DNA of 63,585 nt, the filler included, from Reticulomyxa filosa (Eukaryota; Protista; Foraminifera), in assembly GCA_000512085.1 (NCBI GenBank). It is 20 parts of 20 records of this genome, joined end to end, with 100 filler letters (N's around TTAATTAATTAA, not from the genome) between each part and the next. Parts side by side here need not be neighbours in the genome. Positions count along the whole stretch, not along the records: positions 10,714 to 14,150 come from ASPP01021018.1; positions 14,251 to 20,067 come from ASPP01000122.1; positions 20,168 to 21,211 come from ASPP01018133.1; positions 21,312 to 22,930 come from ASPP01048417.1; positions 23,031 to 26,221 come from ASPP01028545.1; 15 more parts are not named here. One strand, written 5' to 3'. Positions 12,682 through 25,329 of the stretch are shown here, piece by piece; position 1 is the stretch's first letter, and every line of letters begins with the position of its first letter. The notes below the pieces were generated by a model, which saw nothing but the letters and a program-made list of their open reading frames with translations, searched no databases and had not been told where the DNA came from. Position numbers and translations under genes: made by a program.

Positions 12682-13047
12682 ATGAGTGATAAAATATTTG
12701 ATGAGCCAACTCGTATGAAAAGGAATCTCCCATTAGGTCAAAGGGCGAAAGTTGAGAGCATGTTGATATTATGTGATTAGGTTGCAAAACTAAACAAACA
12801 AAAACGATAGCAAGCGTTTTATTCGGTTGATCCAAGAGTACGACACTTGGGTACTGGATTTGGATACGGCTTTTTTTTTGGATCGATGGTTGGCTTAGGT
12901 GGAAATGTTGCATATTTATTTGACGATACTGAACGATTTCCTCGTCGTGTTGTGAGAATGGCAAAAGCAGGATCAACTTTCGGATTTGCGTGTGGCGTTT
13001 TGTTGATGTGTGGGTTTGGTCTTCAATTGGCCGGCGGAAAAGGGTGA
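12682..13047 (+). CDS. Small Gly-rich membrane protein, Romo1/Mgr2 or Tim17-family-like; two exons
   Basis: GFGYGFFFGSMVGLGG and AGSTFGFACGVLLMCGFG glycine-zipper helices; in-frame splice possible to the acceptor near 12811. Confidence 0.55.
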
Positions 13048-14250
13048 CCCTTTGCATTGTTTCAATGGAAATTTCTAGATTTTTTCAATTGGTGGGTTCA
13101 CTACAATTGTTAATTTTCATAATGTCATACCATCAAGTTTATTCACCTTACCCTGTTTCGCTTTAAAGTGAAAAATTTTATGCTCATTATTAGTTGTCCG
13201 ATTTCAATTCATCAAAATACATATTTTATTAAAAATCTTTCACACTTTTGCTATCTTTTGTTTAAGAAAAACAAAGAGAAAAAACTAAGTTACAATCGAC
13301 AGTAAACAAAAAAAGATCAGCATACAATAATGGTATAGCTTAAGAGTTGTTTATCTACTTCGACACAAATCCTCACATTTCGTGAGTTAGATAACTGAAA
13401 TTAAAGTGAGTCAAGGACAGCACTTAGGAGATCACAAAATTCTCATTTTTTAATATTTACTATTCCGGTATTTTTTTTGAATTTTGAAAGATTCAGCTTT
13501 TATTTTTACCAATTTTTTTGTTGTTAGAATGTCTAAGCTTATCAAGAGCGTTTGATTTAAAAAAATTGATACCTTGTGTCTTTCAAACATTATAATTACA
13601 AATTAATAATGCAAAAACATGCAAAAGAAAAAATGTTGATTTTTCCTTTCCCTTAGTGAAACTAGTTGAGTTAATATACAGTAGAATAAAAAAGAGAGTT
13701 TAAGGAAAGTTCCTGCAAACATCCAGATACGAAATGAAATTGCAAAATAACACAACAAATAATGGTTATCCCTTAAACTTTATTGTTGTCAAGTATATAA
13801 TATTGTCTCTTGCAACTTTTACTGACTTACGATGGCTAATGATACGTCTTATTCAATTGAGAAAACAACAGTTTCATTTTTTTTTTGCAATTCAACCTTG
13901 CAGAAGTAACCTTGTTCTTTTAATTGAAACTAAAACAACATGTTCTTTCTGTTTTTTTAATGTTCCATCCTATGAACGATAAAAAGACGATCGACAATTG
14001 ACATCCCTAAAAAATTGAAAAAGGGTGTGCAAATGGGAAAGAAGTTTTTTGGATAAATAGTGTCAGGAGCATCTTTGTTTATCTTTAATCCAAATCTTTG
14101 GTTTTGTCAAATAATTTGTCTACAGCCTCGCTAAGAACTTCAACAGTTTCNNNNNNNNNNNNNNNNNNNNNNNNNNNNNNNNNNNNNNNNNNNNTTAATT
14201 AATTAANNNNNNNNNNNNNNNNNNNNNNNNNNNNNNNNNNNNNNNNNNNN

Positions 14251-14788
14251 GAGATTGTGTGTAGAGGTATTACTCAAAAAAAAAAAAAAAAAAATTAACT
14301 GGAATGACGCGGACTTTTCTTGTGTATGGAGGGAGGGGCAATGTGTTTGGTAGGTTGAGTTGATATGTCCTCCAATCGTATGTGGTGTTGCACCATTCAT
14401 TCAAATACCAGTGAAATGCGGTCGCCAGAGCGATGGTGCTCGATCCTCGCAACACAATCAATTTCCCTGTCGCGTTCGTGTCCACTTCCATTGCGTCCAC
14501 TGTTGGCCACACTTCATGCATCGGCCCTGTGTAGGACACTCCAGGAATTAGCTCCAGTTGAAACTTTCCTGCCAAGTTCGCATTCGGTCCTAACACTCGG
14601 ATAATCATGCTTGTCACTACACTTATTGAGTTGTTTGACTCTTTCGGCATTGTGTGAATCGTAAACTCTGGCTCTTCTGTCAGAAACGTCCACACATTTC
14701 CGGCTGATGCTTCATGTCCGTTGATTAATACCACATATCCTACCAAAAAAATGCAGAAACGTTGCAGTAATGTATGTAGCTTTCTCAT
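14251..14788 (-). CDS. NAGLU: Alpha-N-acetylglucosaminidase (GH89), N-terminal exon with signal peptide; 3' truncated
   Basis: IVLRGSSTIALATAFHWYLNEWCN...W...QLNLPNTLP is the NAGLU N-domain motif; MRKLHTLLQRFCIFLVGYVVLING signal peptide. Confidence 0.88.
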
Positions 14789-15129
14789 CGCTACCTTTTT
14801 TTCCTCCTGATTATCAACAACCTTTTTAAAAAACTCCTCGTGGCTGTAACTCGTGTTTTCGATTACAACACGCAGTTTCAAAACAAATTGGTTTTTATTA
14901 TGCAACAAAGGTATATAAAATCTGGTGGGATTAAGGAGTTAGATTCTTGTTATATTTTAAGAGAAATTTTAGATAATAAAATTATTTATACTTGTTCGGG
15001 TTTCCCAACCATCGTCTAAAAAAACTCGTAGAAGGTTGATAATATTTTAAATCAAGACTAGAAATCTTTGAAGAAAAAAGACTAATTCAGGGCCGACGAA
15101 AAGAAAACTGATTAACACGATTTCCTTTT

Positions 15130-15310
15130 GGATGCTGTTGCTTAATAAGTACTTAGTCTTGTGACTAAACAAACGAAAACAAATCAATAATTTAATTTGT
15201 TCAATTTGCAAACAAGTAGCAAAAAATCCAGTTGAAATTTATTGTCCTGAACACAAAACAGGAACAAATTAGTTGTTGACGAAAATTATTTGAAGAATAT
15301 CTTAATAATT
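15130..15310 (+). pseudogene. Relic of a RING/TRAF-type Zn-finger gene
   Basis: Translates NLICSICKQVAKNPVEIYCPEHK...LVVDENYL with indels, homologous to FTCLICKQIANNAMQIVCSQHK...LIVGEKCL at 20510-20620. Confidence 0.65.
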
Positions 15311-15343
15311 TGGGGCGTCTGCTGATAGTATTGATACACTAAA

Positions 15344-15512
15344 TGTAATACGAGAGGTGTTTAATAAGAAGATAATAAGTGTTTCGTAAAACGAAAGAAA
15401 TTTAAATAATAAAACAAGATAACAAAAGAAAAGTAAGAAAGAATAAGTAAGTTTAACATACTGTGGATTCCTCCGTTCACTTGACGTTCAGATACTTATA
15501 ATATGGACCACA
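15344..15512 (-). repeat. Candidate 3' LTR (169 bp, TGTGGT...ATTACA) preceded by a polypurine tract at 15513-15529
   Basis: Minus strand GGGGCAAAGAGTGAGAA abuts TG; imperfect terminal inverted repeat TGTRRT; no second LTR available for confirmation. Confidence 0.55.
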
Positions 15513-18500
15513 TTCTCACTCTTTGCCCCATCTGGTCAACATAAGCATGTTTGATCGTCTGTTATATGGCATATGTCAATAATGTGTTTGTTTATTTTGT
15601 TCATTATCTTTTTACTTTCTATTACTACCACTTTCTCCACATTATTCAATGGTTCCAACGATTGAGATGACTTGTCAATTGTTTCTGATGATGAAGGTAT
15701 ATTGTATTGTCTCTAATGATGATAACAGGTCAGCTTGTTCTAATGGCAGATTTGATTTGTATAATGGTTCCAATGGAAGAAGCTATTGTTTGGAGAATGA
15801 TTCAGACTCTTTGTTTTCATTTTCCATGTACAGCTTCCGCAACTCTGATACATGCACAGCCTTTTCAAAGCATTGTTCGCTCTTATCTTAAGAATTACTG
15901 TGCCCATACGTTGAATAATTGATACGAGCCAACAAATTTTGGCAATAATTTTGATTTGTTACTTACTCTCTGGTCATCTACGAATAATAGAACATACTCG
16001 CCTATTTCAAAACTATCTCTATATTGTTTTTGTTTTAATATCTTATAAGTTTGTGATTGTATTTTCTTTGTCCAATAATGCTCAATCACCAACAAATTGC
16101 AATTGTTTTGTAGAGTACATTTGTACTCATGCAATGACTCATGTGATGGCTAATGTATTTTCTAATCTCCTTTTTCTAACAATTGCAATTTTACATCTGG
16201 TACCATGTGAAATTTTTCAACATACACCAATTCATGAGGACTTACCGTTGACATTTTGTTGGTGTCACGTTGTAGGAGGCAACGATTGCTGGTAAAAATA
16301 AGGTCCAATCATCATTGTTTATGAAGTCCAAATTCCAATCAACTGCTATTGTAACTAATCTTTCTTTTAGATATCGGTGAAATCTTTACAGCATCCCATT
16401 CGTTTGTGGGTGATAAGACGAAGTAATAATTGTTTTATCACCATTAGTTTTGACATAGATTTGCCATTTTCCCTTTAAACTGTGTTCCATTATCTGATAA
16501 GTTTGTTTCAGGGACACCATGGCGATAGATCCACTCACTTGCAAAAGATAGTGTAATTTCTTTTGCGCATTCGTCTTGAGGGGCACTGCAGCTACATATT
16601 GTGTGAATCGATCCATCATTGTCAGAATGTATTGATTGCCTAGTCCTGTCTTTGGTAATGGACCAACGATGTCCAATGCGACCATTTGAAAAGGTCTTGT
16701 TGCCGGAAAGTGTTGAATGTCGCCAACGTTTGAATCACTTGTTCCCTTGGACACTTGACACGTGAAAAAATGTTTGCAAAAAAGTTTTACATCGTCAACA
16801 ATCCTGGCCAATATAATCTTTCTTGAATCGTAGCTGACATTCGTTGTGCTCCCTGGTGCTGCGCTAGTGCACGATAATGAAAATATAACATAACGTCATT
16901 TTGTATTATTTTGGAACAATTGCTTTACCATCATAAGTTAGTATTCCCATTTTGTTCAATCTAATTTTTTGTTGTTCGATAGATTTCCTCCAGTCTTCAT
17001 TAGTTAATGTGATCATGCTTTTGTAGGGAAAGTCACTATATTATATCCTTAAATACTAACGGAACGGTGGGACCCCCAGTGGGTTAAAATCATCTTCTTA
17101 GCACTACTCACTTTCCTCTTGTTTTACTTGTTTCTTTACTTGCGTTGTAATTATTCTCTTTAATTAACTTTCTTTTACTGAAATTACTCTCTTGGAACTA
17201 ACTTTCTTTCGTATTACACTTAATCTTCTCACAAGTCCCACACTTTTTATGGATGCAAGCGTTATATCTGCTTCATGTGCTTCCCGGAATTTGTTTTTTT
17301 AAACAATTCGTCATAATAGTAAAGTTCGCGATTTATAGTGAATGCTTTTTCGATTTGAGCGACAATGTCGTCATTTTTGTGTATAGAATATCTATCATTT
17401 GCTTCATATTGTGTTGAAATCTTGTCACACTAACAACTTTTCGGCTTTAGTCAATGCTGTCGGGTTGCGTGATAAGAAATCGGCGATAACATTATCGGTA
17501 CCAGGGAAATAACGAGCTTCAAATGAAAATTTACTTAGTTGTAATGCATATCTGGAGAGCCTGCTGTTGCATTGTTTCCCTGATAGTGAAAATAATGAAG
17601 CTAGATTTTTATAATCAGTGTATGCTATAAATTTCCTCAATAACAAATAGTGCCTCCATTTTTGTATTGCCATAAACAAATGCATAAAATTCTTTTTCCG
17701 ACGTGTGCCAATTTAATTGATGGCAATCAAATTGTTTGGAAATGGACTCAATAGTCACGATTACACCGTCTTGATTTTGCAATAATGCAGCACATATTGC
17801 ATCGTTAGATGTATCGCACATTGAATTGATCATTTTGTCTGTGGTGCTTCAATAGTTTAGCATTTCTCTTGATCAAATGCTTTGTCCTGCACGTCTATCC
17901 ATAAGCATTTTGAATTTTTCCGACGTAATTTGGTCAATTCAACTGTTAATATTGCAATATTCGGAATGACTTTCACAATCCACTGTATCAACCCCAACAG
18001 TCGTTCCAATTGTTTCTTTATCTTGGGTTTTGGTACGCTTAGTACTTTATTAATGTAACTTGATTTGCCATACTCCGTTTGACGATATGAATTTTGAAAA
18101 AATTCACATTTTTCCATTGACAATCGTAAGTTGTATTCGTCAAAGCGTCGAAATATTTCACTTAATATTTGTAAATGTCTTTCATTTGTGTCCGTTGCAA
18201 TTAAAATTTCATCCATATACACATCCAAATCTTCTAAATCACTAAAAATAGATGTCATAATGCGTTGAAATGTTGCAGGAGCGTTTGTGAAGCCAAATAC
18301 CATTCTATTCCAGTCATATAATCCTATTGGAGTAGTGAAGGCCGTTTTGTGCCTGTCCTTTTCTCGAATTGGTACGTGCAAATAACCAGATCGTACGTCT
18401 AATTTTGAAAATATTCGTTTGCCAACTTTTTAAATAGATCATTAATGTTTGGGAGTGGCCTTCATCACGAATTGTAGCTTAGTTCAATTTCAGATAATCA

Positions 18501-20067
18501 ACATAAATCCGTAAAGAGTATCTTTTCTTTTTTACTAATAGAGCAGATGCTGCAAATTGAGAATAACTTTTCCGTATTATTCCAATATTTTCTAATTCTT
18601 TGACTTGCCTTTTTACTTCCTCTTGATACATACGATTGAGAGGGTATGTCTTGTGTTTAATAGGTTTTGTTCCAGGCTTTAATTACAATTTCATTACAGC
18701 GTTTGGTATTTGTCCAATTTCGAATGAATTTTTTGATACCAATATCTGATTTTTGATTATTAACTGTTGTATCGACTTTTTTATTTGCGGTTCAATATCA
18801 TTACTAATTTTTACATGTGGATCCACAAGTTTATTTTGGATTGTTCATAGGTCAACATGATTGCATTCCATTTTTTCCTTTAGTCCTACAACATCACTAT
18901 ATGACTCTAGCTTGGTGATGTATGCTTAATATTCAATTTCTCTTTATTCTTGACAATGTTTGAATCTATATCTTCTGTCTGATTGTGCATTCTCAAATTT
19001 TTCATGCTCAAACATCAACGCAATCCTAGATAAAATAAAATTATGTGGTAGATTTGGTATTACATAGAAATTTTCCTTAAACAATGCTTTATCATTGTTC
19101 TTGACTTCCTTTAGATTGAACTTTATTTTTTCTTGTAGTGTAATGGATCTCCTGCATGCGCAACAATGAATGCACGCGCATCCTTTATTAGTAGTGCCGA
19201 TGTTTACTTGCAATAGTGTCTCTAAACGCGCATATCGATACTCCAATCTGCAATTGCCTTTACTGTACCAATTTCTTTATTTTACAATTCGATTACGATT
19301 TTATCATGTTTTTCCATCACTTTGTTGACATCAAACATTGGGAGTATGTGCTACACAATCTCTTGATCTGGATGTTCAATTACATGTAATTCATTTCCAT
19401 TGTTTGGACATACACTTTGCTTATGAACATGTTCGCCACAGTTCCAATAATCATCGTTCCAATAACGATTAATGTCTTTGAAAACGTTATGTTGCTTTTT
19501 ATCTTTTGTCGCTTGCCTTTTTGTAGCTGTAGTTACATTACTTTGGCTCAGTGAGTTAATACCGTTATACTATTCTTTATCAATATCATTTATGTTCTTA
19601 TAACCCCATTTTTATCTAACTGTAAAACGATTGTTCAATCTAATGTGTTTTTATGACCATAAAACATTTTGTTACCTCTTGAATATCGTTTTGTTGATAT
19701 TGTTTGGTCCCATTTTTGTTTTCGATATGTCAGTTGTTTTGCTTGTCTTTCCTACTCGGACCTGCTTTGCATGTTTTCCAGAGTTGTTTCTATTTCGTTT
19801 AGTATCGCCGGATTTTGTTCATATACCAGTCGTCCCACGATTCCAACCAGAGCTACAAGCAACGATTCCATTAATCTTTCATCAGACTGCTTTAACCTCT
19901 TTCTTGATGAAACATTACATTCTGCTGCATATTCCAATTCCAACTTTAACGCAAACTTCGCTTTTCTCTATCTTAGTAAAATATCAGGGGTCCCTCGTTA
20001 GGACTTGTGCTAAATTGAAGAAGTTCCGAAGTCCTTTCTTGACGTAATGCTGCGGAAGTTTAACCTA
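15344..20067 (-). mobile_element. Degenerate Ty3/Gypsy LTR retrotransposon (gag, RT, RNase H, integrase, PPT, 3' LTR); 5' end cut by contig edge
   Basis: Zn-knuckle relic WNCGEHVHKQSVC about 19410-19450; RT KTAFTTPIGLYDWNRMVFGFTNAPATFQR and YMDE; RNase H CDTS...EKE...YTDYKNL...NVIADFLSR; integrase VALDIVGPLP, MDRFT, SSYHPQTNG; GPY/F-like KLLPKFVGSY; many stops and frameshifts. Confidence 0.93.
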
Positions 20068-20167
20068 NNNNNNNNNNNNNNNNNNNNNNNNNNNNNNNNN
20101 NNNNNNNNNNNTTAATTAATTAANNNNNNNNNNNNNNNNNNNNNNNNNNNNNNNNNNNNNNNNNNNN

Positions 20168-21211
20168 GGGAAAAATGTTGTTCAGTATTAGCAATTAAAT
20201 GTTGTTTCATATCTTTTTCAAGACAGCAATGTTCACATCCAAAATATCGAAATTGACAATTACTTAATCGTAAAGTGCATTCTCTATTTAAATGATCCTG
20301 CAACTCTGTTAATTTTCCTTTAAAATTACAGCTACTTACATCATCTTCTCTTTTGATCTTATTCAACGTTTGTATCTCTTGTTCAAATTGTCGTAGACAA
20401 ATAACTTGTAATTTATCAATGTAATTTCTTGGCATCTTAGCTTTTAAATATTGACAATTGTGATTTGGTTGAATTGGACAACATTCTTTATTTTTTTTAA
20501 GGAATAATTGTAAACACTTCTCTCCAACGATCAATGCTTCGTCACTATCTTTATGTTGTGAACAAACTATTTGCATAGCGTTGTTTGCAATTTGTTTGCA
20601 AATTAAACAAGTGAAATGTTGAATGTATTCTTGTTCTTGTGATTGTAAAATCCAATCTTTTGTAAAGCAGGACTGCGAGATAACTTCAGTATTTACTTCA
20701 TTTTTTGCGCTTTGGTCGTTTAGCATTTCATGTACTTTTTTATTTAGTTGATTCCAAGGATGATTTTTATCAATTGCATGTAATAAAGAGTAATAATCAC
20801 TCTTATAAAGAAATACACATCGATCACAAGTTGTAGTTACTTGAACAATCTCTTTTCCTAATGAGGATTTTTTATTTGCTTTAGTAATTAACCGTAGATT
20901 CTCATCTAATGATTTGGGTAACTTGATATTTTCTAACATAACATTACAAAAATTTTCTGTAAAATGACTTCCTTTTTTCTTATCAGGATCTGATGAATCA
21001 ATTATTGCTTTTCCAGGAGTTGTTGAAAATATAATAAATGTATCTGCTTCATTATATGATTGTTTTTGTTTTTTACTTTTGTTTGTTGAGGTTTCTCTAT
21101 AATTCGACAAGCATTTTGAATAATAATTATTGGCTTATCCAAAAATTTATTAAAGTAAGCTTGAAAAGCTTTAAGTGATACATATTGGTCATCTGATGTA
21201 ATTAGTATATC
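20168..21211 (-). CDS. Caspase-like (C14) domain fused to RING-like and TRAF-type Zn fingers; both ends truncated; one frameshift near 21070
   Basis: KPIIIIQNACR catalytic-Cys-like motif; p10-like DTFIIFSTTPG...GSHF; CLICKQ...CSQH...CL...CP; CNFKG...HLNREC; CQFRYFGC...HL...H. Confidence 0.75.
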
Positions 21212-22150
21212 NNNNNNNNNNNNNNNNNNNNNNNNNNNNNNNNNNNNNNNNNNNNTTAATTAATTAANNNNNNNNNNNNNNNNNNNNNNNNNNNNNNNNN
21301 NNNNNNNNNNNCCAAATTACAAATTATCAAAGCTCAGTTTTACTAATAGATCAACGTATTGATTTGAACTACAAATTCTACGTCCATTGACTTTATTTTT
21401 AAAAAATATTCTAACAGATGTCTCTTAATACAGTATACCAAGCAATTTGTTTTGTTAGTAAAATTATTTTGTCATATATTACTCTTGCAAATAAAGAAAA
21501 ATTGTTTTTTCACTTCTGTAAGATTCAATGCTAAAAAAAAAAAAGCCAACAATAACAATACGACGTGTTACAACAAGCGCACAAAAAAACGTAGATTGGA
21601 TTATTCTTTTACTTTCGTGCCAAGAATTATAGCGTCTCTCATCTTCTAAGTTGCTTAAAGTTAATCTTTTACTTATTTGACTTAAATAAGACAAGAAAAC
21701 AAAAAAAGGAATGTCTTTGTTGATATTCTCAAATGCAATCGTTTCTATAACAACAGTATCTAAAAAGACTAAGAGGACAAATGAGTTCATTGATGCTAGC
21801 GGAAGACAGAGAAGCACTACGACTGCAAAGAAAGCAGCTGCAAATAGCAGGAAATGAGCTGAACATCATAGACAAAGTAGAAAATCAAAATATGGAAATG
21901 GACATTGTGTTTTGCAATACAGTATTGGATATATTCGCCAATGATGACAATACTCATGTTATGTCTTTTAATGCAACTTTTTTAGACCTAAATTTTAAAA
22001 AAATCATTTTTAATCAGAAAAATTTTCAATTTTTTTTTATTAAAACATTTACATTTTTGAAGCTCTAGATTTAAAATTAGTATTTACGAATTTTGAGCAA
22101 GCTTTGCTTCTGCACCATTTTCAAGGATCTCCTTTTTTGGCTGAGAAATA

Positions 22151-22837
22151 ATGTCTGAATTGGAATGGCCAACAATTTTAGTAGAGCTATTCTTCATGCT
22201 CATTACCCAACTGATGTTTGTACATAACTTAACACAAAACAAAAACGAGTTGAAAATAACAGAAACTAATGACGAAAGAAAAGAAGACCCAGCACAAACA
22301 TACGAAATATCACTTGTTCCGGACAAAGGCTGTGCGTTTTTTTTTAATTGGTTGAACACAGAAACAGATGGGACAATCCTAAAAAACGTGGGAATATGGA
22401 AACTATATGGAAAGGGTATACAATTGAAAAGAATGCAAACTGTGTCACCGAACAATCATCAAAAAGTATTGTTACGTAACAATAAAGATGATAAATTTTA
22501 TTTTGGAAGAAGTGATGTTCAATTTTGTGGTATTTAATGCACGTGAGCCCTCTCAGATAGTCTACACTCCAACCAATGGTACTTACTTTGATCACATTGA
22601 GTGAAATCACCACAAATGGAGTTTCACAATGAAACTAATCACAATGTTGGATGGATATTTGATATATATTGTGCATCCGAGTATCGTGGGAAGGATTTGT
22701 TATCACAAATGATTTGGAAAGAAGTGCAACACTTGAGTGCGTTTGTTGGATGTGTGTACGTATTGGTTATCACTAGCAATGACTGTGCTTTTAATTGCTT
22801 CAAAAAACATGGCTTTTGGCGAAAAAGAAGAATTTAG
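22151..22837 (+). pseudogene. GNAT-family acetyltransferase, interrupted (pseudogene or unresolved intron)
   Basis: WIFDIYCASEYRGKDL (motif A) and V...SNDCAFNCFKKHGF (motif B); stops at 22535 and nearby. Confidence 0.55.
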
Positions 22838-23030
22838 ATTGATGAACCGCTTACTAAGTGATAAACCGTCTTCTTAGTGCTCTTATTTCTAAAAAAGATT
22901 GTTGTTGACAATACAGTCATTTTTTTTTTTNNNNNNNNNNNNNNNNNNNNNNNNNNNNNNNNNNNNNNNNNNNNTTAATTAATTAANNNNNNNNNNNNNN
23001 NNNNNNNNNNNNNNNNNNNNNNNNNNNNNN

Positions 23031-24585
23031 TCGATAGTTTTCCTGGCATTTACTCGTGCCAAGTTCTTCCATTTGGCTTCAATTGAAAAGTCTGGACACA
23101 AAGACAGCTCCGTCCATAATAAATTCCAAGCAGTCTCGCCATTGATACAACGTATAATCAAATTACAAACAGTGGATGAAAAGCCACAGCAATTTTGTAA
23201 ACAACACAATACAAGCTGTTCATTTACATCCTTCTCTCCTCTCTTTTCTCTTCCTCTCTTTTCTCTTCCTCTCTTTTCTCTTCCTTTTCTTTTTCATCGC
23301 TTTCGTTTGCAACATAGGTTGACAGTAATGATGACATTTCATGATTTATATTCGGCAATAATAAAAATGTGCAATACCACAAATTGCGTGCCAATACTGA
23401 TTTCGTTTGAGTCTGACCACTGCCACATTTGATTTGGTCTTTGATAAGCGGTAGAAAATGTTCCAATAATTTACAATCATTTTGTAATTTTTTGATCTCC
23501 ACGTTCATCTCTTTGCTCTTTTTGTCCATTTTTGCAATGCTTTTTTTCATAAATAACAAACAGTCATCCAACCATTGCTGCACAATACTCACTTGCATCT
23601 GCTCGCTCTTGTCCAATGCATTGGAAATATCTTTTCCTTCGACAGTCTTCCTTAATGTCTCTGCCTCTCTATCGAAGCTGTAATGTTTCAAGTATTTTTC
23701 AGACAAATGTATAATCGTGTCTCGTAAGTACTTCTTTTTAATGGCAAAGTCTGTCTGCAGCAACAAACAGTTGCCAATATGACTCGCTAATTCCGACGAC
23801 TTCCATTCTCTTGGCAAGCATTCTAAAAATATCTCTACTGTCCGTTTGGGCTTGATTGTCGATTTGAGCAGCACACTCCGAATTGCGCTTGACCAAGACT
23901 CCATTTTGTTTATACTTTGCAATTTTTATATTATTGTCAAACAAAAATATTTTTTCAAATTGAAACCCTAAAAACGAATAGTTGCTAAAGAATAATGTGT
24001 ATGTCTTTATACTAAAAAAAAGTACAGTTGTTAACATATACAAATATACATTTTTATCAAATTGTTATTTTTTTTTGTTGATGCAATAGCATTAGCATTA
24101 TACAAAACAACAAGCGTATGAGCTAGAATTATGAAGGGAAAAAATATAAATAAAAACATTGTTGTTTTGTAAGAAAATTTTGCTCGTTCTTTATTTTTAA
24201 AAGTTTTCATTGTTTTTTCTATTAGTCGCAGACGTTGTTTTTTTACTGTTTGATTGGGTGCCATCCTCTTTCTTTGTTGTCGTCGTCTTCATGGCGGTGG
24301 ACGTAGTTTTTGTGGCCCCGTTGGCGATTTGGATTGAGCGCTCGTGTTTTTGTTCACTCCTTTGTTTCCTGCTTTTGTCCCACTAGTTGTAGTCGTAGCA
24401 GTAGTTGTTGGCTTTTTATTCGACTTTGACTGACCTTCTGTCTCGTCTTTTTTTGTCATTGTCTTCTTTATCGTGTCTTGAGGTTTTTTTGCACTCCAGC
24501 TTCCGCTATTCTTACTTCCAACAAACGCGTCGTCCTTCGCGCTGTTTGGACTTTGGATCTCCACCTTATTGCCATTTGGGCTCAA
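23031..24585 (-). CDS. Multi-exon hypothetical protein (Lys/Thr-rich N-terminus, helical core); 3' truncated
   Basis: Collinear ORFs 24289-24585, 24031-24264, 23224-23922 and 23031-23209 separated by AT-rich intron-like segments. Confidence 0.55.
23230..23292. repeat. 15-bp tandem repeat (TTCTCTTCCTCTCTT), about 3-4 copies
   Basis: Directly visible; probably intronic. Confidence 0.75.
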
Positions 24586-25329
24586 GTATCGTTACAATTC
24601 AAAAGGGGTACTGTGACAACATTACAAAGTATATTGAATCCTTTGCTCCTTGTTAGTTTTTTTACATAAAAAAAAACTTTAGCTTGAGACAGAAAAACTC
24701 ACATTGATAATACTCCATTGCAAGAGAGACTTTCACATTTTCTAACAAACAAAAACTACTTTAATAGCCTCTAGATTTGAATTTAATTATTTTTTTTTCT
24801 TCTTTTTTTTCAAAAAATTCAGCACTAACAGAAGTTGTAACATTGCAAAAGTTTTCAATTTAATAATTTGGCATGTAATAATTCTGCCTTCTTTTATGTG
24901 TTCCATAAAAGTTTAAACAAATAATATTTTTAAAGTTGATTTTTTTAGTCAAATTAGATGGAAACTAAATTGTTAAAAATGCTACAACATTGATACAATT
25001 CGGTTATGTGGTACAATTACTGATGTAACTAGTATTTGTGTTAAATATATTTAATCTCAATTATTTGATTGAAAAAGGAAATAATATTATGAAAATTAAT
25101 TGTAATTCAAGAATATCTATCCACTTCTAAATATTTTTTTATCACTCTAAATCCTATTCAACAATAGTGAGTATCATTCCAATATTTGTTTATATTGCTA
25201 CATATAATAGAATTCATTTAATAAGTACTTTAATTGTACTTAATATTAAATATTCATCATTAGTGTATGAGATATCAAAATTCGCCCAAATGTGAATTAT
25301 CTTGTAATTATTTTAAAGTTACTAACAGG

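Noticed and set aside
20067-20168. Apparent adjacency of the Gypsy gag and the caspase-like gene
   Set aside because: Separated by a spacer, so they are on different contigs
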